The notes beneath the pieces were generated by a model. It made no database searches, was not told where the DNA came from, and was given only the letters and a program-made list of their open reading frames with translations. DNA of 64,000 nt, from positions 726,675 through 790,674 of the forward strand of contig NMRA01000043.1 in assembly GCA_002633005.1 (NCBI GenBank), written 5' to 3'. Below are positions 1-14,600 of the stretch, piece by piece; the stretch's first letter is position 1; the number at the start of each line of letters is the position of its first letter. The position numbers and the translations under genes are program-made. Origin of the DNA: Phoronis australis (taxonomy: Eukaryota; Animalia; Phoronida).

Positions 1-1867
1 GTTAACGCCAGCTTGATTGACAATAAGTGAAAAACAAAACTTGGCTTGCATTTTTTATAATTTCAAGATCATACACAAATACACAGTAGCGTAGGCAACA
101 AATTAACCCTGTGAGGCACACTGTACTTTCCCGGCGCCGCCACACATCCTTGGTAACACGGCAAAATACATTAATTTCCAGAGAACTAAGTCGGTGGAAC
201 TTCATCAAAATTTAAAGGAGAATTTGACACCTTTCCGTGAGGTATGAGAATTGTTCAAAATCAGAGAGCTTCCCTTCTAAATCAAATTTAGTGTTGGCAA
301 AACCATCGTCACATTTCTCTGGCTTGATTTTTTCTAATACATGTTTTATCTGGTGCACTGCAGTCGGAAACTAAGTGCGGCAGACGACATCGCAGAAAGC
401 GGAGGTTCCGAAGGCGGCGTGGTTCCTGAAGTTTGCGAACATGGGAAGAAAATAAAGTGACAAACGAAGAGTTCAAGTATGATTTTGAAGTAAGTCCATC
501 ACGCAGGAAAATAAATAATTTGTTACTTGTTGTCATAATTCACATTGCCAAACCACCATCTCAGAGGCTGTCGTTGCACTCATTGTTATCGTTGATCTTT
601 ATCACTAATAATTCAAAAACTCAACTTTCTTCTCTAATAGTTCGTACGGCCAGTTTTGTCTCTGTTAATTCGTACACAAATTTCTCAAGGGAAAAATAGT
701 TCGTACACTAGTGTACGAACTAATAGAGAAAACACCGTATTCAGTTTTGCAGTTATACATCAAATGCTAAATGCAGAACTGTGGTCGTTTGGCTGTATCA
801 AACTAAATTACTTCGACAGAAGTTCAACCATGAGCAAATTGTATTGAAATACAAAGAACATTTCATCCTTCAAATATGCATCCCTTTGTACCATGGTTTC
901 ATGGAGCAAACTGTAATACCTTGATGGAGGTTTGAATGTGTAAACTAACTTATATTTCACCGATCTTGCCAGATTTTTGCCAAACAATTCCGACTTCTGT
1001 CTGTTTACTTTCTGTTGTAATTTAAGCATGGTGCCATGTGCGCTAATTTCACAAAATAAAAGGAACAATTGTGAATTAAAGGTAGTAAATCTAAGAAAAC
1101 TGTTAGTAATCTAAATTTGGAAGTCAACACAAACTTAAAACGAATTTAAAGGGAATTATTGTCTGACTAATACTTGCACTGGCAACTTCGTGGCAACTTG
1201 GAATTTTTCCCAGGTTGACAAACACAATTTGAGAGCGCATTGGCAACCTGCAGGTCACCAAATCGAGCACTGACAGAGATAGGCAAATGACAAGTAGTCA
1301 AAAAGATTCGAGAAGAAATCACAAAGAGCTCTCCATCAAGCAAAGTTTGGTGATTTTTCACTTTCTTATATTTTCTTAGTCTTTTATTTCATTTCTGGCT
1401 CTTATCAACTATGCGAAATCTGTAAGCTTTATTTGTAAGGGCTGTTACTCTATCACAACCCCCATACAGTTTCGTTAGTTTGCCATTTGGTGACCTGAAA
1501 CTTATGGGTGGTAAGCATTTTAAGCCTTCCCAATTGCATAATTTACTGCAGCGTTGAATTTAAATTTAACATTTTTGCGCCTGCCAAAGTTGTCCCTAAG
1601 AATGGAGAACTGTGGACCATAGTCGCAAGAATGGCACTGAGAAAGCCAGCACATGAGAGCCCCAACCCTTAAGGGTGTATGACAAACTGAAACTGGTCCA
1701 GATCAGTGTTGCACCAAATGACTCGGTTTTGAAAATTTTATTTACCCATGAAGGCTCAGTTTGGGAAATTTCATGTGACCAATGAAGGCTGGATTTTACA
1801 AAATCGACGATACCACGAACACAGACATGATGAAGCAGATGAAGGCTCGGTTACTTAGGATTAGGCA

Positions 1868-2410
1868 CCGACAGTGACCACCATCCTACTGGCACCGACA
1901 ATAAGACGGTGGAGCTCCTATAGATGCTTCATACGCCGGAAGCTTTTTGGCAAATTATGTCTTACACTGACTAAAACATCAAAGTCACATTGTTATAAAT
2001 ACCTTTTGCTCACAAAGGGACACCTTAGGAGACTGTCGATGTATGTACTTCTTTCCAACTCTAACAAATACTCCCGTTATATTTTTTCTTCGAGCAGTAC
2101 TTTGTTCAGTTCCCAAAATCGGTGAACTCACCATTTTTAACACTGTGCACGCTGGGTGGTATGACGCGCAGTGTTAAAATGGCGAGTTACCGATTTTGGG
2201 AACTGCTCAAAGAAAAAGTTTGATAACAGGAAGTAATTTAATTCATCGACGGCCTCCAAAGCAAGGTGTCCCTCTATGCGCAAAAGGTATTTATAACAAC
2301 GTAGCATTGATGTTTTAGTCAGTGCGAGGCATAAGGCGCGAAAATCTTCCAGCGTATAGGAGCTTCACTGTCTCTACTGCGGAGCCAGTAGACAGTGGTC
2401 AAGCTGTCTA
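1868..2410. mobile_element. Old foldback MITE, Mutator-like (same family as 54604-54943)
   Basis: The whole element is an imperfect palindrome centred near 2150. It shares tacgccggaagcttt and aaggtatttataacaacgt blocks with the 54604 element. Degenerate 9-bp TSD gattaggca/ggttaggcc. Confidence 0.65.
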
Positions 2411-3215
2411 GGTTAGGCCCTAAATGATGAAATGTTGACCTGTCTTCAGAATCTAGTATTTCAGTCGACGTGTGCCACCTCTGAAAACAGCCGAGATTTG
2501 TCAACTCATGACCTCGTAAGCTCTGACAATTGATGGAAATGTCAGAGATAAAATGCATCGCAAAAACAATGGTTATACAATGCCTAAACTGTCCTGAACA
2601 ATCTCACCAACAAAAGTCAAAGGGAAGGGAGAAGTGTGTACAGAATGCTAATCATGAACAACAGGTGAATGACTTTTAAGAATTTAAGGGTTCACCTTTA
2701 ACAAAGAACTCTTAGCTGTTGCAAAGCTTCACTAAACAATACTTACACAAAAACACTCCGTAAAGGATAAGCACAGAAAATGTCTTCATTTTGAAAAAAT
2801 CACCGAGAAACCGGCAATCTGCAGTCCAAATCGCCAAATGAAGCAATGGAGGGAGTTATGGTCATGTGCCTGCTGTTCCGATGTGCGGACAGGTTATAAT
2901 ATTCTGATTTCAAGAACTAATGGATGCAACGAATACTGTTTAATTCATTTTTGACAAGTTTTTCACGTTCTTTTTTCTTTAAAATTAAAGTTGATTTAAA
3001 ATTTTGGGGTAAATCATTCAAACTGAACAGAAATCCAGATAATTATGGGGTATCAGACTATTGGAACAGCAATGTAAAATCGGTCATATGATAAACATGT
3101 GACTGTTTTTCGGTACTGTGCGAGATTTTACAAGAAGTAAAAGAAATAGTGTTTTCCGCAGTGAGATTTTTATATTTATCTGATTGGTACTGACAAACAT
3201 CCTCAACCGTAAGAA

Positions 3216-6200
3216 ATGAAACCAAGTGTTGTTGTGGACGAAATGTTTCCAGAAGGAGCAGGCCCCTATGTAGACTTAGAAGAGGTGCGTTGGTTATTGA
3301 GCATTGACATTAATTCTTAAAAAATGGTTATGTTAGCCTGGTTAGACCAGTCTGTGGCACTGGTTGGTAGGTAGGGATTAGTCAGTCTGCTAGCTGTATG
3401 AAGACTGTCGTCAAAATACTGCTAGGTGTTCAACGCCAACAGACCTCGAAGTTGCGCATAGCCTGGATAGTTCTGCTCGTCACCTTGCTGTGAAACTTAT
3501 GCTGATGTTTGTAGCTACAAAATATAGCTGAAAAACAATATAATAAATCATAAAATGTTATTTTCTTGCTTTTAAAACTAAAAGTCTTCACCTTTTGTAA
3601 CAAAGAAAAATCTGTCGTTCAGAAAACCGTACGCTCTTACCCTCGTTCAGTTAGGCTGTGTAACCAACTTCCAGTCTCTTCAACCTCCCCATTATCAATA
3701 CTGAATACTACATTACACCATTTAATTTTATTGTCAGCCAGCTAGCTGTATGAAGACTATCGTTAAAATACAGCCAGGTACCAGTGGCAGTGGCGAATTT
3801 AAAATTCTCCCATGTTCCGTTTGGCACTTTGGGGTTGCGAATGTCTGAAGGGAAAAATCCTGGCTAATACTCTGCCTTGGCCCCCTCCCCCAACTCGAAA
3901 TCCTGGGTCCGCCCCTGGTTACCACTGTGTGTTTAGCCAGTCTGCTAGATGTATAAAGACTATCCTCAAAATACTGCTAGGTACCACTGTGTGTCCAGTT
4001 CCAATAGACCTCAAAATACTGCTAGGTACCACTGTGTGTCCAGTTCCAATAGACCTCAAAATACTGCTAGGTACCACTGTGTGTCCAGTTCCATTAGACC
4101 TCAACATTTCACACCGCCTGGGTATTTTCGTGTGTCACGTCGTCGTGAAACTTATATCAACATGTAGTGATAACGACTGGCGGAGATGCATGCAAAATCT
4201 GGGAGTCCAAGGACACTCACCTTGTATGTTGCAACCGGAATGTGAAAAACAAACTAATAACGTCATTTTCTTGCATAATTCTCCACCTCTTGTAATGTAC
4301 AAAGAAAAGCGTATATAAGTATATCTTATTCATTGAGGTGTGGAATATGTTGCAAGCAGTTTATCCGGTCAATTTGCCATCTTTTTGGTCACATCACGTG
4401 ACCTAATGAATATAAGTCCGAATAGATTTCTGTGGGACTCGAACCCAGAATCCTTCACTCACCGTGTAGTGCGCACGGTGAGCGGTGGGTCCTGGATTCG
4501 AGTCCCGGTCGGGGGCAGAAATCTTTTCGGACTTATAAGTATTCATTAGGTCACGTGATATGACCAAAAAGATGGCGGATTGAATGGGATAAACTGCTTG
4601 CAAAAAACGTATCATCATTTTGAAAACAATATACTTGTGGCATGCAATTTCCTAACTGTTTGCAACATTTTTTTCGGACATGATGGCAGCGTTGTAGCAG
4701 CAAAATTTTTTCGGAGATTCGGTTTGCTGGTATTAAAATAATAAAAAACTGTAATGAATTGAAATCTGTTTTGATAATTTGTTATGACATGTGTGCAATA
4801 CCTTATTTACACTCTGTGTTTCAAACTAACAGTGCATTCCACAGCTATTTTCATAAATCTATCTAATGTGTACCATATTTCAAACTAACAATATGTACCA
4901 TTTAATCCCAACTTACAATGTACACCATAGCTCACAAATAACAGCTTGCACCGTAACTCTACTAACAATGTACCATAATTCTAACTAACTATGTGCACCT
5001 TATAACTCCAACCAACAAGGTGGACCATAACACCAACTTGCAATAATTTATGCCTTTGTGTCTTTGTCTGTTAATTTCAATATTCTTTGTTTCAGACAGG
5101 AGGGTCAAGTGCTCTCTTAATGGATCTTGCTGCTAATGAGAAATCTGTGCATGCTGATTTTTTCCATGGTATGATTTTTTGTTTCAAAAAAAAAATAAGT
5201 GTGAGGTTTTGTTAGTGATGCCCCTTAAATTTTTTTACTTGTATCATAACATATTATTTGAAAATGTGCTATGAAAACTGAGGCATCTGGCTAGACTTCT
5301 GAATTCAAAGTACCTTTGAATGTCATTTCCAGTTTCAACTCCAGATGAAAGCAGTTTCCAAGATCAGATAACAACTTAGTATATTGTGAAGCTTTCTCAT
5401 GAGCGCTTGTTAGAGCTCACAAAATTGTAAAACTAATTGTGTATGCTGCAACAAAACAGAAACGTTGGCATAATTTTTGGCTTAATATTTATCATATTGT
5501 ATTGCTTCAAGAAAAGAAAATAAACCTAACTTAACTTTTCATGGGGAATTCAATTTCAGAAGTTAGATTGAAAAATCACCAATTTTAATCGATGGTAGCT
5601 TAATTTAATTCACATCATTATTTCACTGGCCTGAGATATGCTTATGTAGGGACTGCCCAGCTCCACACAAAACAATCTAGATCACTGGTTTTGATATCTA
5701 AGTACACAAGGCCGTGGTACAGGTCAAGTTATAGTGAATTAAGTCCCGACTAAGTTTTTTGAGTCACAAAAATATGAAATGAATTACAAATGGTTTGGGG
5801 GTGAATCTACTGGACTGCAGTGTTTGTTATTGTGTAGCTAACATTAAGTGAATTGTATGTCACAATCATTTTTTCAATTTCACAAAAACTGGAAAATAAC
5901 AAGAAGATAGTCAAATTTTGTTTCAAGTTAACTTGAAGCCTCAAACCTAATCCTGGCTGTGATGGCCAACAACTGAACTGTGTGCTCACTTTAATGTTGG
6001 ACAGGGTAATGGTCACAGCTCTAGATTGCTACGAATATAAAACATGTCCAATTGGTTTTTATAAACATTGGTGTCGATAGACACACCAAAACTGTTCAAG
6101 ATGATTTCAAAAGTTACGGATGGGTAATTCTCAACTTACTGAACTCAAAACAATTTGCCAAATAGTAGTTCAAATGCCAATTATGGTATAGTTCCTTTAA

Positions 6201-6689
6201 ATTAGAACACATTGTAGAGGAACAGTAAAATTTTATTTCATCAAGATTTTCGACAATTTTACTTGCAAAATTACTTTAAATTTCATACAGTATGGATGTC
6301 TTCAAAAAACACTGAATGAAATTTTAAACATTTTGGCAACGCAGTGAACATTTGAAAAATCAAAAAATGACAATTTTTGCCATAATTTTTGTTTGAATAT
6401 AAACAAACTTTACCAAATAGTTCTTCTCAATGTCAAAACAGTACTAATCCAGCTAACAACAGACTAAAAACTCGTTTTTCTTGAAATTTTTGACAAAATA
6501 AATACTTCTCATGCCATATTGTGTAAAAACCATTACGATATGTTTGTTGTATTCTCTATCAGTCTTTTAGTTATAACGACATCTGTGAATAACTACTGAA
6601 TTCTAGTGTTGGGAAACACACATAACTCTCCACGAATTTCTTCCTCTACAGATTTCGACGATCTTTTTGATGATGAAGACTTGTCATGA
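3216..6689 (+). CDS. COPS9: COP9 signalosome subunit 9 (CSNAP/MYEOV2), 59 aa, 3 exons: 3216-3284, 5096-5168, 6652-6689
   Basis: Spliced translation [59 protein letters not shown] matches the highly conserved COPS9 peptide. GT..AG introns have compatible phases (0 and 1). Stop TGA 6687-6689. Confidence 0.95.
3735..4285. repeat. Dispersed repeat family copy containing a 42-bp tandem triplication (about 3964-4103) and a small hAT-type MITE insertion (about 3782-3918)
   Basis: Similar sequence at about 3380-3530 and, reverse-complemented, at about 11320-11635 and 20975-21230 (block cccagattttgcatgcac). The unit ctcaaaatactgctaggtaccactgtgtgtccagttccaatagac is repeated 3 times. Confidence 0.65.
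4350..4603. mobile_element. Palindromic MITE-like element with a tRNA-derived core
   Basis: Arms ttgcaagcagtttatcc...gccatctttttggtcacatcacgtgacctaatgaata and their reverse complement. The core has inverted B-box-like ggactcgaacc / ggattcgagtcc. Confidence 0.6.
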
Positions 6690-8203
6690 TGTAGGCCAGG
6701 TGATCTCACTATGCTGAGGTGGCCATGAGACTGCGCTAAGGGCACTATTATATCCGGAGATTTGTTCTTGTTTGGTGCTGTTTAGTGAATGCAGGACTAG
6801 AGAGCCTCATGGCACATCAACATGGCCACCACTTACAGTGTTGAACAAAAGATTGTGTGACATGCTCATCAAATTTGTTTTATCTCGTTGACTCTGGACC
6901 TGCTGTGTATTAAAGAACTCTGTGTTAACCGTATAAGTTATAACATTGGCTGCTTGTTAAGTAGCAATCAATGCAAAGACTAGAAAAAAGTGACCATCAG
7001 CTGTGCAGTGTAGTAGCTATATAGCACATGGTATTTAGCGACTAAGTTTAAAATTTAGGAGGCCGTTCTTGTACGTTAATTGCCAGTTGTATTGCTGAAC
7101 AGGGTGTCACTATAAAAAAATTTGGGGCAATTTTTGGATATAGTTTGCCCGCATTTTGAGAACCAGTTTGATGCCTGTTATTCAATTGAGAAAACTGGTT
7201 CTTCAAGTATGGGCACACTAGATCCAATTATTACCGAACTTTGCATAAAAATAGCTCGTTTCCGATACATGTGTATTTATTGAATGCATTAAGAAACATT
7301 CAGTTCTTTGGTTAAACAGGATCTTACCAAGGGCGTAGCTTCAATACCGTAAATGCAAAAACACACCACGACTTCAAGGTCATCACAAAAACTCCTGACA
7401 TGTTGCTTGAACATGTTTCCTAACAGATGCAGCATTATTTGCTCAGTCTCAATACATCCTTAACACATAAATATGTCCTTGTGTTCTTTAGGCTATGTAA
7501 ACGTACGTCGAACAAACAACGAATAGGTATTCACAAAGATAATCTGTAAAAGTTTTTCCTCACCGAGTCCATAGATGTTTTGCATTGCACTTAACACTCT
7601 TTTGTGCCATGCCTCAACACTGCAATAACTGGCTTTTATGGAAGTTGCTAACCAGCATTAGGTGTTTAAAGTGATGCGTCCCACGAGACAATGGAAGACT
7701 TTCAGGAAGCAATGAGAGTAGACCATGTGAGACCAGTGACTCGTATCATGTGGTACCAGTGACTTGTATCGTGGCCAGTAATTTACTATGTCCAGAAAGT
7801 TTGATGACCCAGATAGAGTAAACAACTGAAAAGTTTGATTTGAAAATCCATAATTTGCCAGTAGTCACAAATTGTCCTGATAGGATGAATGGTTGAGCCT
7901 GTCGAAGTTGGTTAGTTTCATCCCTGAGGTAGCTAATGTATTAATTTACCATCACTACAGTTGATACGCCTTGATGGAAATGTAGCTATGCCCATGCAAA
8001 TCCAAAAACAGCTCAAACACTCAATTGTACCGTACATTTTACACACTAATTTGAATCAACAAATTCTTGACAACCAATCATAAAAAACAAGTTTAAAATT
8101 AAATAAATCAAAAACTAATGTAGTCGGGCATTATTTTGAATGAACAAATCTTTGACAACGTGACAATAGCAGGACTCTTCATCCATTTCTCTGCAACTGA
8201 ACT

Positions 8204-8357
8204 GGGAGTCCCTGAGATCAGGTAATATTGAATTGGGGGTCCCTGAGATCAGGTAATATTGAATTGGGGGTCCCTGAGATCAGGTAATATTGAATTGGGG
8301 GTCCCCGAGATCAGGTAATATTGAATTGGGGGTCCCCGAGATCAGGTAACATCGAAT
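8204..8357. repeat. Minisatellite, 31-bp unit, about 5 copies
   Basis: gggggtccctgagatcaggtaatattgaatt repeated. Confidence 0.9.
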
Positions 8358-10442
8358 AACACCTAAAAAATTAAAAACTTTAATTCCAAATTAGGAAGCC
8401 GATTCACTCAATTTCAACACAATCTCAAAGAGTTCTTAGAAGAAACATTTAGCAAAATCAAGAACACTGACAACCCCAAAGGCCTAAGACACCAACGTAA
8501 GGTAAATGAAAAGTCATTAAAAGTGCATAGCGGAACAAGTTGATAAAAGAGTAGTCATCAAATCATAAAATCTCAACTAATGGAAGAATGGCAAGTTGTA
8601 GTGAGAAACCAACAAAATATTGCAGACGGTAATTGAGAAGATCTACTTACAACATTTCAAAGGTTTCTATCAAGGATTGCGGTGCTCAGGAACTCGGGCG
8701 TTCCACACGGATTATTTGAAAATAGCTGTCAAGATAGTGTTATCTTGTATCCAATTTCACCAAAAATATTTATAGTCCTTAAGTTATTGACGAGATAAAC
8801 AGCGTGTAAAAATTTCATGTAGACCAGACAAAAATGCAAAAAAGTGCAGCTAGAAATAAGGAAATAATAAAGAGAAAGAAGTCTGGCCAGTAAATCTTGA
8901 ATATCTCAAGAACGGAAAGCCAGAGTGACAAATAGATTCCATTTGACAAATCCATCCACATTAGAAAAATCTTTGCAGAAAGAACAGAGCTATGGATCTG
9001 CATAGCAAAGCATAATCCTTTTTCTAAGTTTTGGTTACAGTAGTATCTCGATGGAATACTGGTGTCAGACATTCTGCAGTCTTCATAAAAGTGCATGGTC
9101 AGTTACTCGTTATCCCCAGAATTAAATGATCAAGCAAAAAGTATTATACAACCACACCAACTGGTTATTAAAATGTTACTTCTCGTCATTCAGATCTTGC
9201 AAAAGTGACTACAACCAGTAAATTGTAAGCTTTGTAGCATATGCCAACGTAGAATATAAGCACTACTGGTGACTGTCAGTCATTCATCAACCTTTTCCGC
9301 TCTGACAACTGACCTCTGATACTGCATCTGCACTTAGCATTTTCAACTCATATTTGCAAGAAATAAATGTCACACAACAATTATCTTGCAGTCCTAAAAT
9401 AAAAAGTATACAATATTTCACAAATGCTGACAGTCCTGTAATTTAACAGAAGCGCTTGTTATTAAAATATTTCTAGGGTATATCTCAACTCATCTGGTTT
9501 CCTTACAAATGCACTGTCTATGAGTTACTTGATACACTTAAAACTTCAGTCAAGTATGAAATCCTTCGTCACGTAACACACTGGTCCTACACATATGCTA
9601 CGATTTAGCTTCCTTTAACCAGTGACGCTTACAAAACACTTTCAGGGAATAGAAACGATCTCAAGGCCACGCCTCTAAATTCCAGCCATGATCCCCCGAA
9701 TCCCAGTGCAGGACCAGCAAAACCAAACCTGCAGCATAAATTCCAAGCTCCCACCACTCAACTCCACACGTGTCAAGAACTCTCCATGATACCTGTTGAC
9801 CAACCTACATACTCAAGGATCAAATTTCAATTCCAGACCTGAGACGATCCTCAGGTGAAAGATCTGGTCGCCGTGTACGGGATTCTAGAATTTGTACTGA
9901 GGTAGGTGTTTGTTGCTTTGGGACTGGGGCTCAGGGGACTCAAGATAGAATTGAGAGGCACAGTCATGGAATTTTCTGGCTATTAGCATTCATAACTAAA
10001 ATGCAACCTTGTTCAAAACACTATAGTGTACAAACCCTCACACTCAAAATATGTGAAATATAAAAATTTACTAAGAGATAACATATACTACATTTTCATA
10101 GTAAAAAAGCAAAAAATATGTGGTACAATTAAAAAGTTGACAAGTGTTTTACTGAATCTAACTGAATAGTATAATGGAACTTTGTCACATACCCTGAATA
10201 GAACGGCGACAGCGATGTAACGTAAAAACGGCAAGTCCCAACTTTACTTAAAGTGTGAGCATCTACACTACTGACAACAAACTCTTGTCACAAAGTACAC
10301 ATTTCAAAGGTTCCTTGATGTTCATAGTAACGAGGTTTGACAGCAGTAAAATTCCATCCTCAAAGATCTTTCCACTTGTTATCCAATGATTGAACACTGA
10401 ATGCCACAAACATCAAATAACATGCCATGTACTATCACTGTC

Positions 10443-10630
10443 CTGTAAATTACACAACTCGTAGTACCAATAAGCTGAACTGTAAATTACACAACCCACA
10501 GTACCATCAAGCTTAGTGAACTGTAAATTACACTACCTATAGTACCATCAAGCTGAACTGCAAATTACACTACCCACAGTACCATCGAGCTGAACGGTAA
10601 TTTACACAACCCACAGTACCATCAAGCGAA
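10443..10630. repeat. Minisatellite, about 36-41-bp unit, about 5 copies
   Basis: gctgaactgtaaattacacaacccacagtaccatcaa repeated with variation. Confidence 0.8.
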
Positions 10631-11681
10631 CTTAGTGCAAATTAATATACATATAAAGAAAACAGGCTGAACTTCAAGATAAAATGCATATTAGAGCAGG
10701 GCGATGATTAAACGCCCTCAGCTGGCATTGCAATTGGCAAATATACAAGCACCCACATGTTTATGAAAAGGACACGTAGATAACAACAGCGATGAAACAT
10801 ACACATGTACTGCAAAAAATTGAAAAAACTATTTCAGAGCATTCTTGGTACAAAGCTGTATAAATATACAGCTTTGTACCAATGTGGGTAAAATGAACAG
10901 TTAAACCCTAACACAAAAGTAATGTTATTAAAAACTACTCTTCCTTGAGTAAATAAAAATATGTAAAATAGCAAAAAAAAATGTCGTTCTACCATTATTG
11001 TGCTGCTTTAAGTCAAGGAGCAATGTGTGCATCAGTTTTCAGCACCACGAAATAAAGCGTCACGTATTGACCAATTTTGTTTTTCGCCAATTCTTCAATA
11101 AAGTGTTCTTCTTCCACATAGTTGGGTTAATGTTACAATAAACTATTAGAATTGGGTACACTACATTATAAGTTTTTTGTATTGCAATAACAGTAAAATT
11201 CGTTTCTTCGAGCCTGTCATCATCTCCCGATTGCTGTCGACGAAAATTTAGAAAATGGCAAGAGCACATTTCACAAGGGTACCATTTCTAAGTAGACGAC
11301 AAATTTCTGCTATGAAAAGCAGAGAATTACGCAAGAGAATGATATTTATTTGTTTTTCACTCAAATGGCTGCAACGAGCAAGGTTATAGTCGATTGACTC
11401 CCAGATTTTGCATGCACCCCCACTGGTCGTAAGCTCTACACGTTGATATAAGTTTCACAACACAGTGACAAGCAGTACAACTTTGGAAGAGTTAAATTTT
11501 GATATCTATGAAAGATTAATACACAGTGGTTCCTAGCCGCATTTTGACGTTAGTCTTCATACAGGTAGCTGGCTGACTACACATAGTAGTTCCTAGCAGT
11601 ATTTTAATGTCAGTCTTCATGCAGAGCTAGTTGGATGCCTATTCCATCTAATGTATATGCAGCAACATGCAGTTTGTTATT

Positions 11682-14600
11682 TTAAACATTTGAATCGTTT
11701 GCTTCCGTCACTTCAATCTTTGGCAGTTCCACTGCAGGATCCCCCACCACATAATGGCTGTGACGCCCAGTTGCTTTCTGTAGCAGAGGAATGAAATACA
11801 GCATAAAGCCACTCACACCGATAGTGATGCCGCAGACGATGAATGAGATGTCGTATGAACGAGTGCCGTCATATATCCATCCTGAAAAACACCCACATCA
11901 TTTAATTTTGATAAATAAAGCACTAGTTTATTTTTGCTACTAACAGTGTACTGCATCAGGCAGAGAGGTCAACAATTAAAAGGATACCAAACCATGTTTT
12001 GATGATTCCAACCAATCCTTGTTCTGTCACCTGTCAATACATCATTGGCATCAATCTTTCAAGTCAAAGGCAGGAATAAACTATAGATTGATACTCCCTA
12101 TCTCAAAACTGGACATTATGGTCGATGGTGGGAGGTCTTTTCTCACGGTTGCCGTGTAATTTGCTAAAGGCATAGCTCACACTCGCTCGATTAGCAGATT
12201 TTGTAAGGAGTTTCCAAATTTTTCTCTTTTGAGGGTTGTTAAGGGTTACAGAGCCATTATTCTATTCCAGAGAACTGGATGGAAAACTTGTTTTTAGTAT
12301 CTGTTAAAAGGCCAAAACAGAATGTCATGCAGAATCATAAATATTGCTAAAATGTAAAAAGATGGCAATAAATGCTGCAATAAACCACCGTTCTATCATA
12401 GAATGCATTGAAACAAGAGCAACGCAGAGCGTTGAAATGCGCCCACAATTGCACCGTATACGGTATCCTTCTAGGGTTGTTTATTGGTACCATAAAGTGG
12501 CCAGTAGAGGGCATATATGTAGTATGTTGTACTTTGCAAAATGGAAAGGCATGGTCATTGTCTCCTCAATAGGCTAGGTTTCAAAATGTGAGTGATCTTC
12601 ATAATACAAGCACATCCTATGCATCAGTTGCTTAAAGCACCACAGAAACATAGAATTAAAAACAAATTTACCAACATACGAGATTAGCACAGCATTAGAA
12701 TGCCAGAAACAAATTTCTACTTGGAACTTTTCCTTCATAGTCACGAAGTAACACCTGAAGACCTATGAAAATACAGAGGTCAATGTGAAATATTTAAATT
12801 GCCACTAGAGGCATACCGGTAGTCAGAATCATCCTAAAGTCGTCATCGTCCGTTGTCAACCTCACATAAATACACTTGTTAAATTTAGTAAAGATCCTGC
12901 AAACGGTTTGGGAGTTACAGCCATGGGCGCAAAAAAAAATGCCACTAGGAGGCTCCACAGTAATCCAAATTGTCTGAAAATCATTGTCAGCTGTCTTCTT
13001 TATAGTAAGCACATACATGCCAATTTTCACAACCATCCTTTGAGCGGTTTGGTTAATAGAGGGGTGGACGCAAAAATACAGACTCGAAAACAGTAAAAAT
13101 GGCCACTAGGTGGCGCAAACTATGTTGAATCCATCTGAAAACGGGAGGATAGCGTCATCTCACTAATAGGTGCTTACATACCAAATTTCATGAAAATCCG
13201 TTCAGGACTTTTGAAGATACAAAGGTAAGCGTAAAAAACTAAAAATTGCCACTAGGGGGCACACCGGTAGTCGGATCCGTCCAAAAGTCGTCATGTTCTG
13301 TTATTAACATCATATAAACATACTTACACAATTTCGTAAAGATCCTGCGAACGGTTTAGGAGATACAGCGATAGGCGAAAAAAAGAGAAAAAACTGCCAC
13401 TAGGAGGCGCCACAGTAGTCAAAATCGTCGGAAAATCATCGTCAACCGTCCTCTACATAGTAAGCATATACATGCCAATTTTCACAATCATCCTTTGAGC
13501 GGTTTGGTTGGTAGAGGGGTGCACGCATAAAAACACACTCGAAAACACTAAAAATGGCCACTAGGTGGCGCAAACTATGATGAATCCATCTGAAAACAGG
13601 AGGATAGCGTCATCTCACTAATAGGTGCCTACATACCAAATTTCATGAAAATCCGTTCAGGACTTTTGAAGATACAAAGGTAAGCGTAAAAAAACAAAAT
13701 TGCCATTAGGGGGCACACCGGTAGTCGGATCCCTCCGAAAGTTCGCACATGCCGTCCCATTCATGAATGAAACATATGTGCCAAATTTCATGAACATATG
13801 TCAAAGGGTTTTGGAGATAGAGCAGCAGACGCCGGACGGACGCCGCCCATACGGACAGACGGACGGAGATGACGACATAATGCGTCCACATATAAATATG
13901 TGGGCGCATAAAAATGAAGTTAAACATTCATTGAACATATAATCATGCAACGGTGAAAATAGTCGTCATTGGAGCTGGGGTCACAAAACTAAGCCCCTTT
14001 ACACATAAAGTCACCATAAAACATGTTCTGCTGTTCGAAACATCGTCTGCTTTTACAGACGTATTTGCTCTTCAAAAGCAATGTTACCATTCTTATGCTT
14101 TGTTTGGATTCATATTGGTTACAATTAATCACCAGCAATTCCTTTGCCAGCTGTGCTGACTTGGCAGCTAAACAACTGTTACAACATGCCAAGAATTGTA
14201 AGATGACACTTGGCTTACCTCAAAATCCAACTGCTGCCTGCTGGTTTGGTAATTGGCTCAATTATGTTGCACAAACAACAGAATTAATGGGAAGGAGAAT
14301 ACTCCAGGCAACATTGTTAAAAAATTTTAGGCTGTAAGTCACATTTCTTGTCCAATTTTCAAAATTCAAAAACCTAACCACGTGTACTTTTCACAAACTA
14401 TTAAAAAAAAATATGCTATTTAAAAACTTTCAAAATGTAATTAATTTAAAAAATACTATTGTCGTCTCCACTGTGTTTATGATGCGTCCAATTATCTACA
14501 GAATGATAAAATCAGCAGAGTGTGATGTGGCATACAGAGACGATGTAATTGCCTACAACTGCATGTCTTTGATCATTGCGGCAGACTTTGCGGTATGCAA

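Noticed and set aside
3812-4318. 168-aa ORF with repeated peptide
   Set aside because: Arises from a 42-bp tandem repeat and MITE inside COPS9 intron 1.
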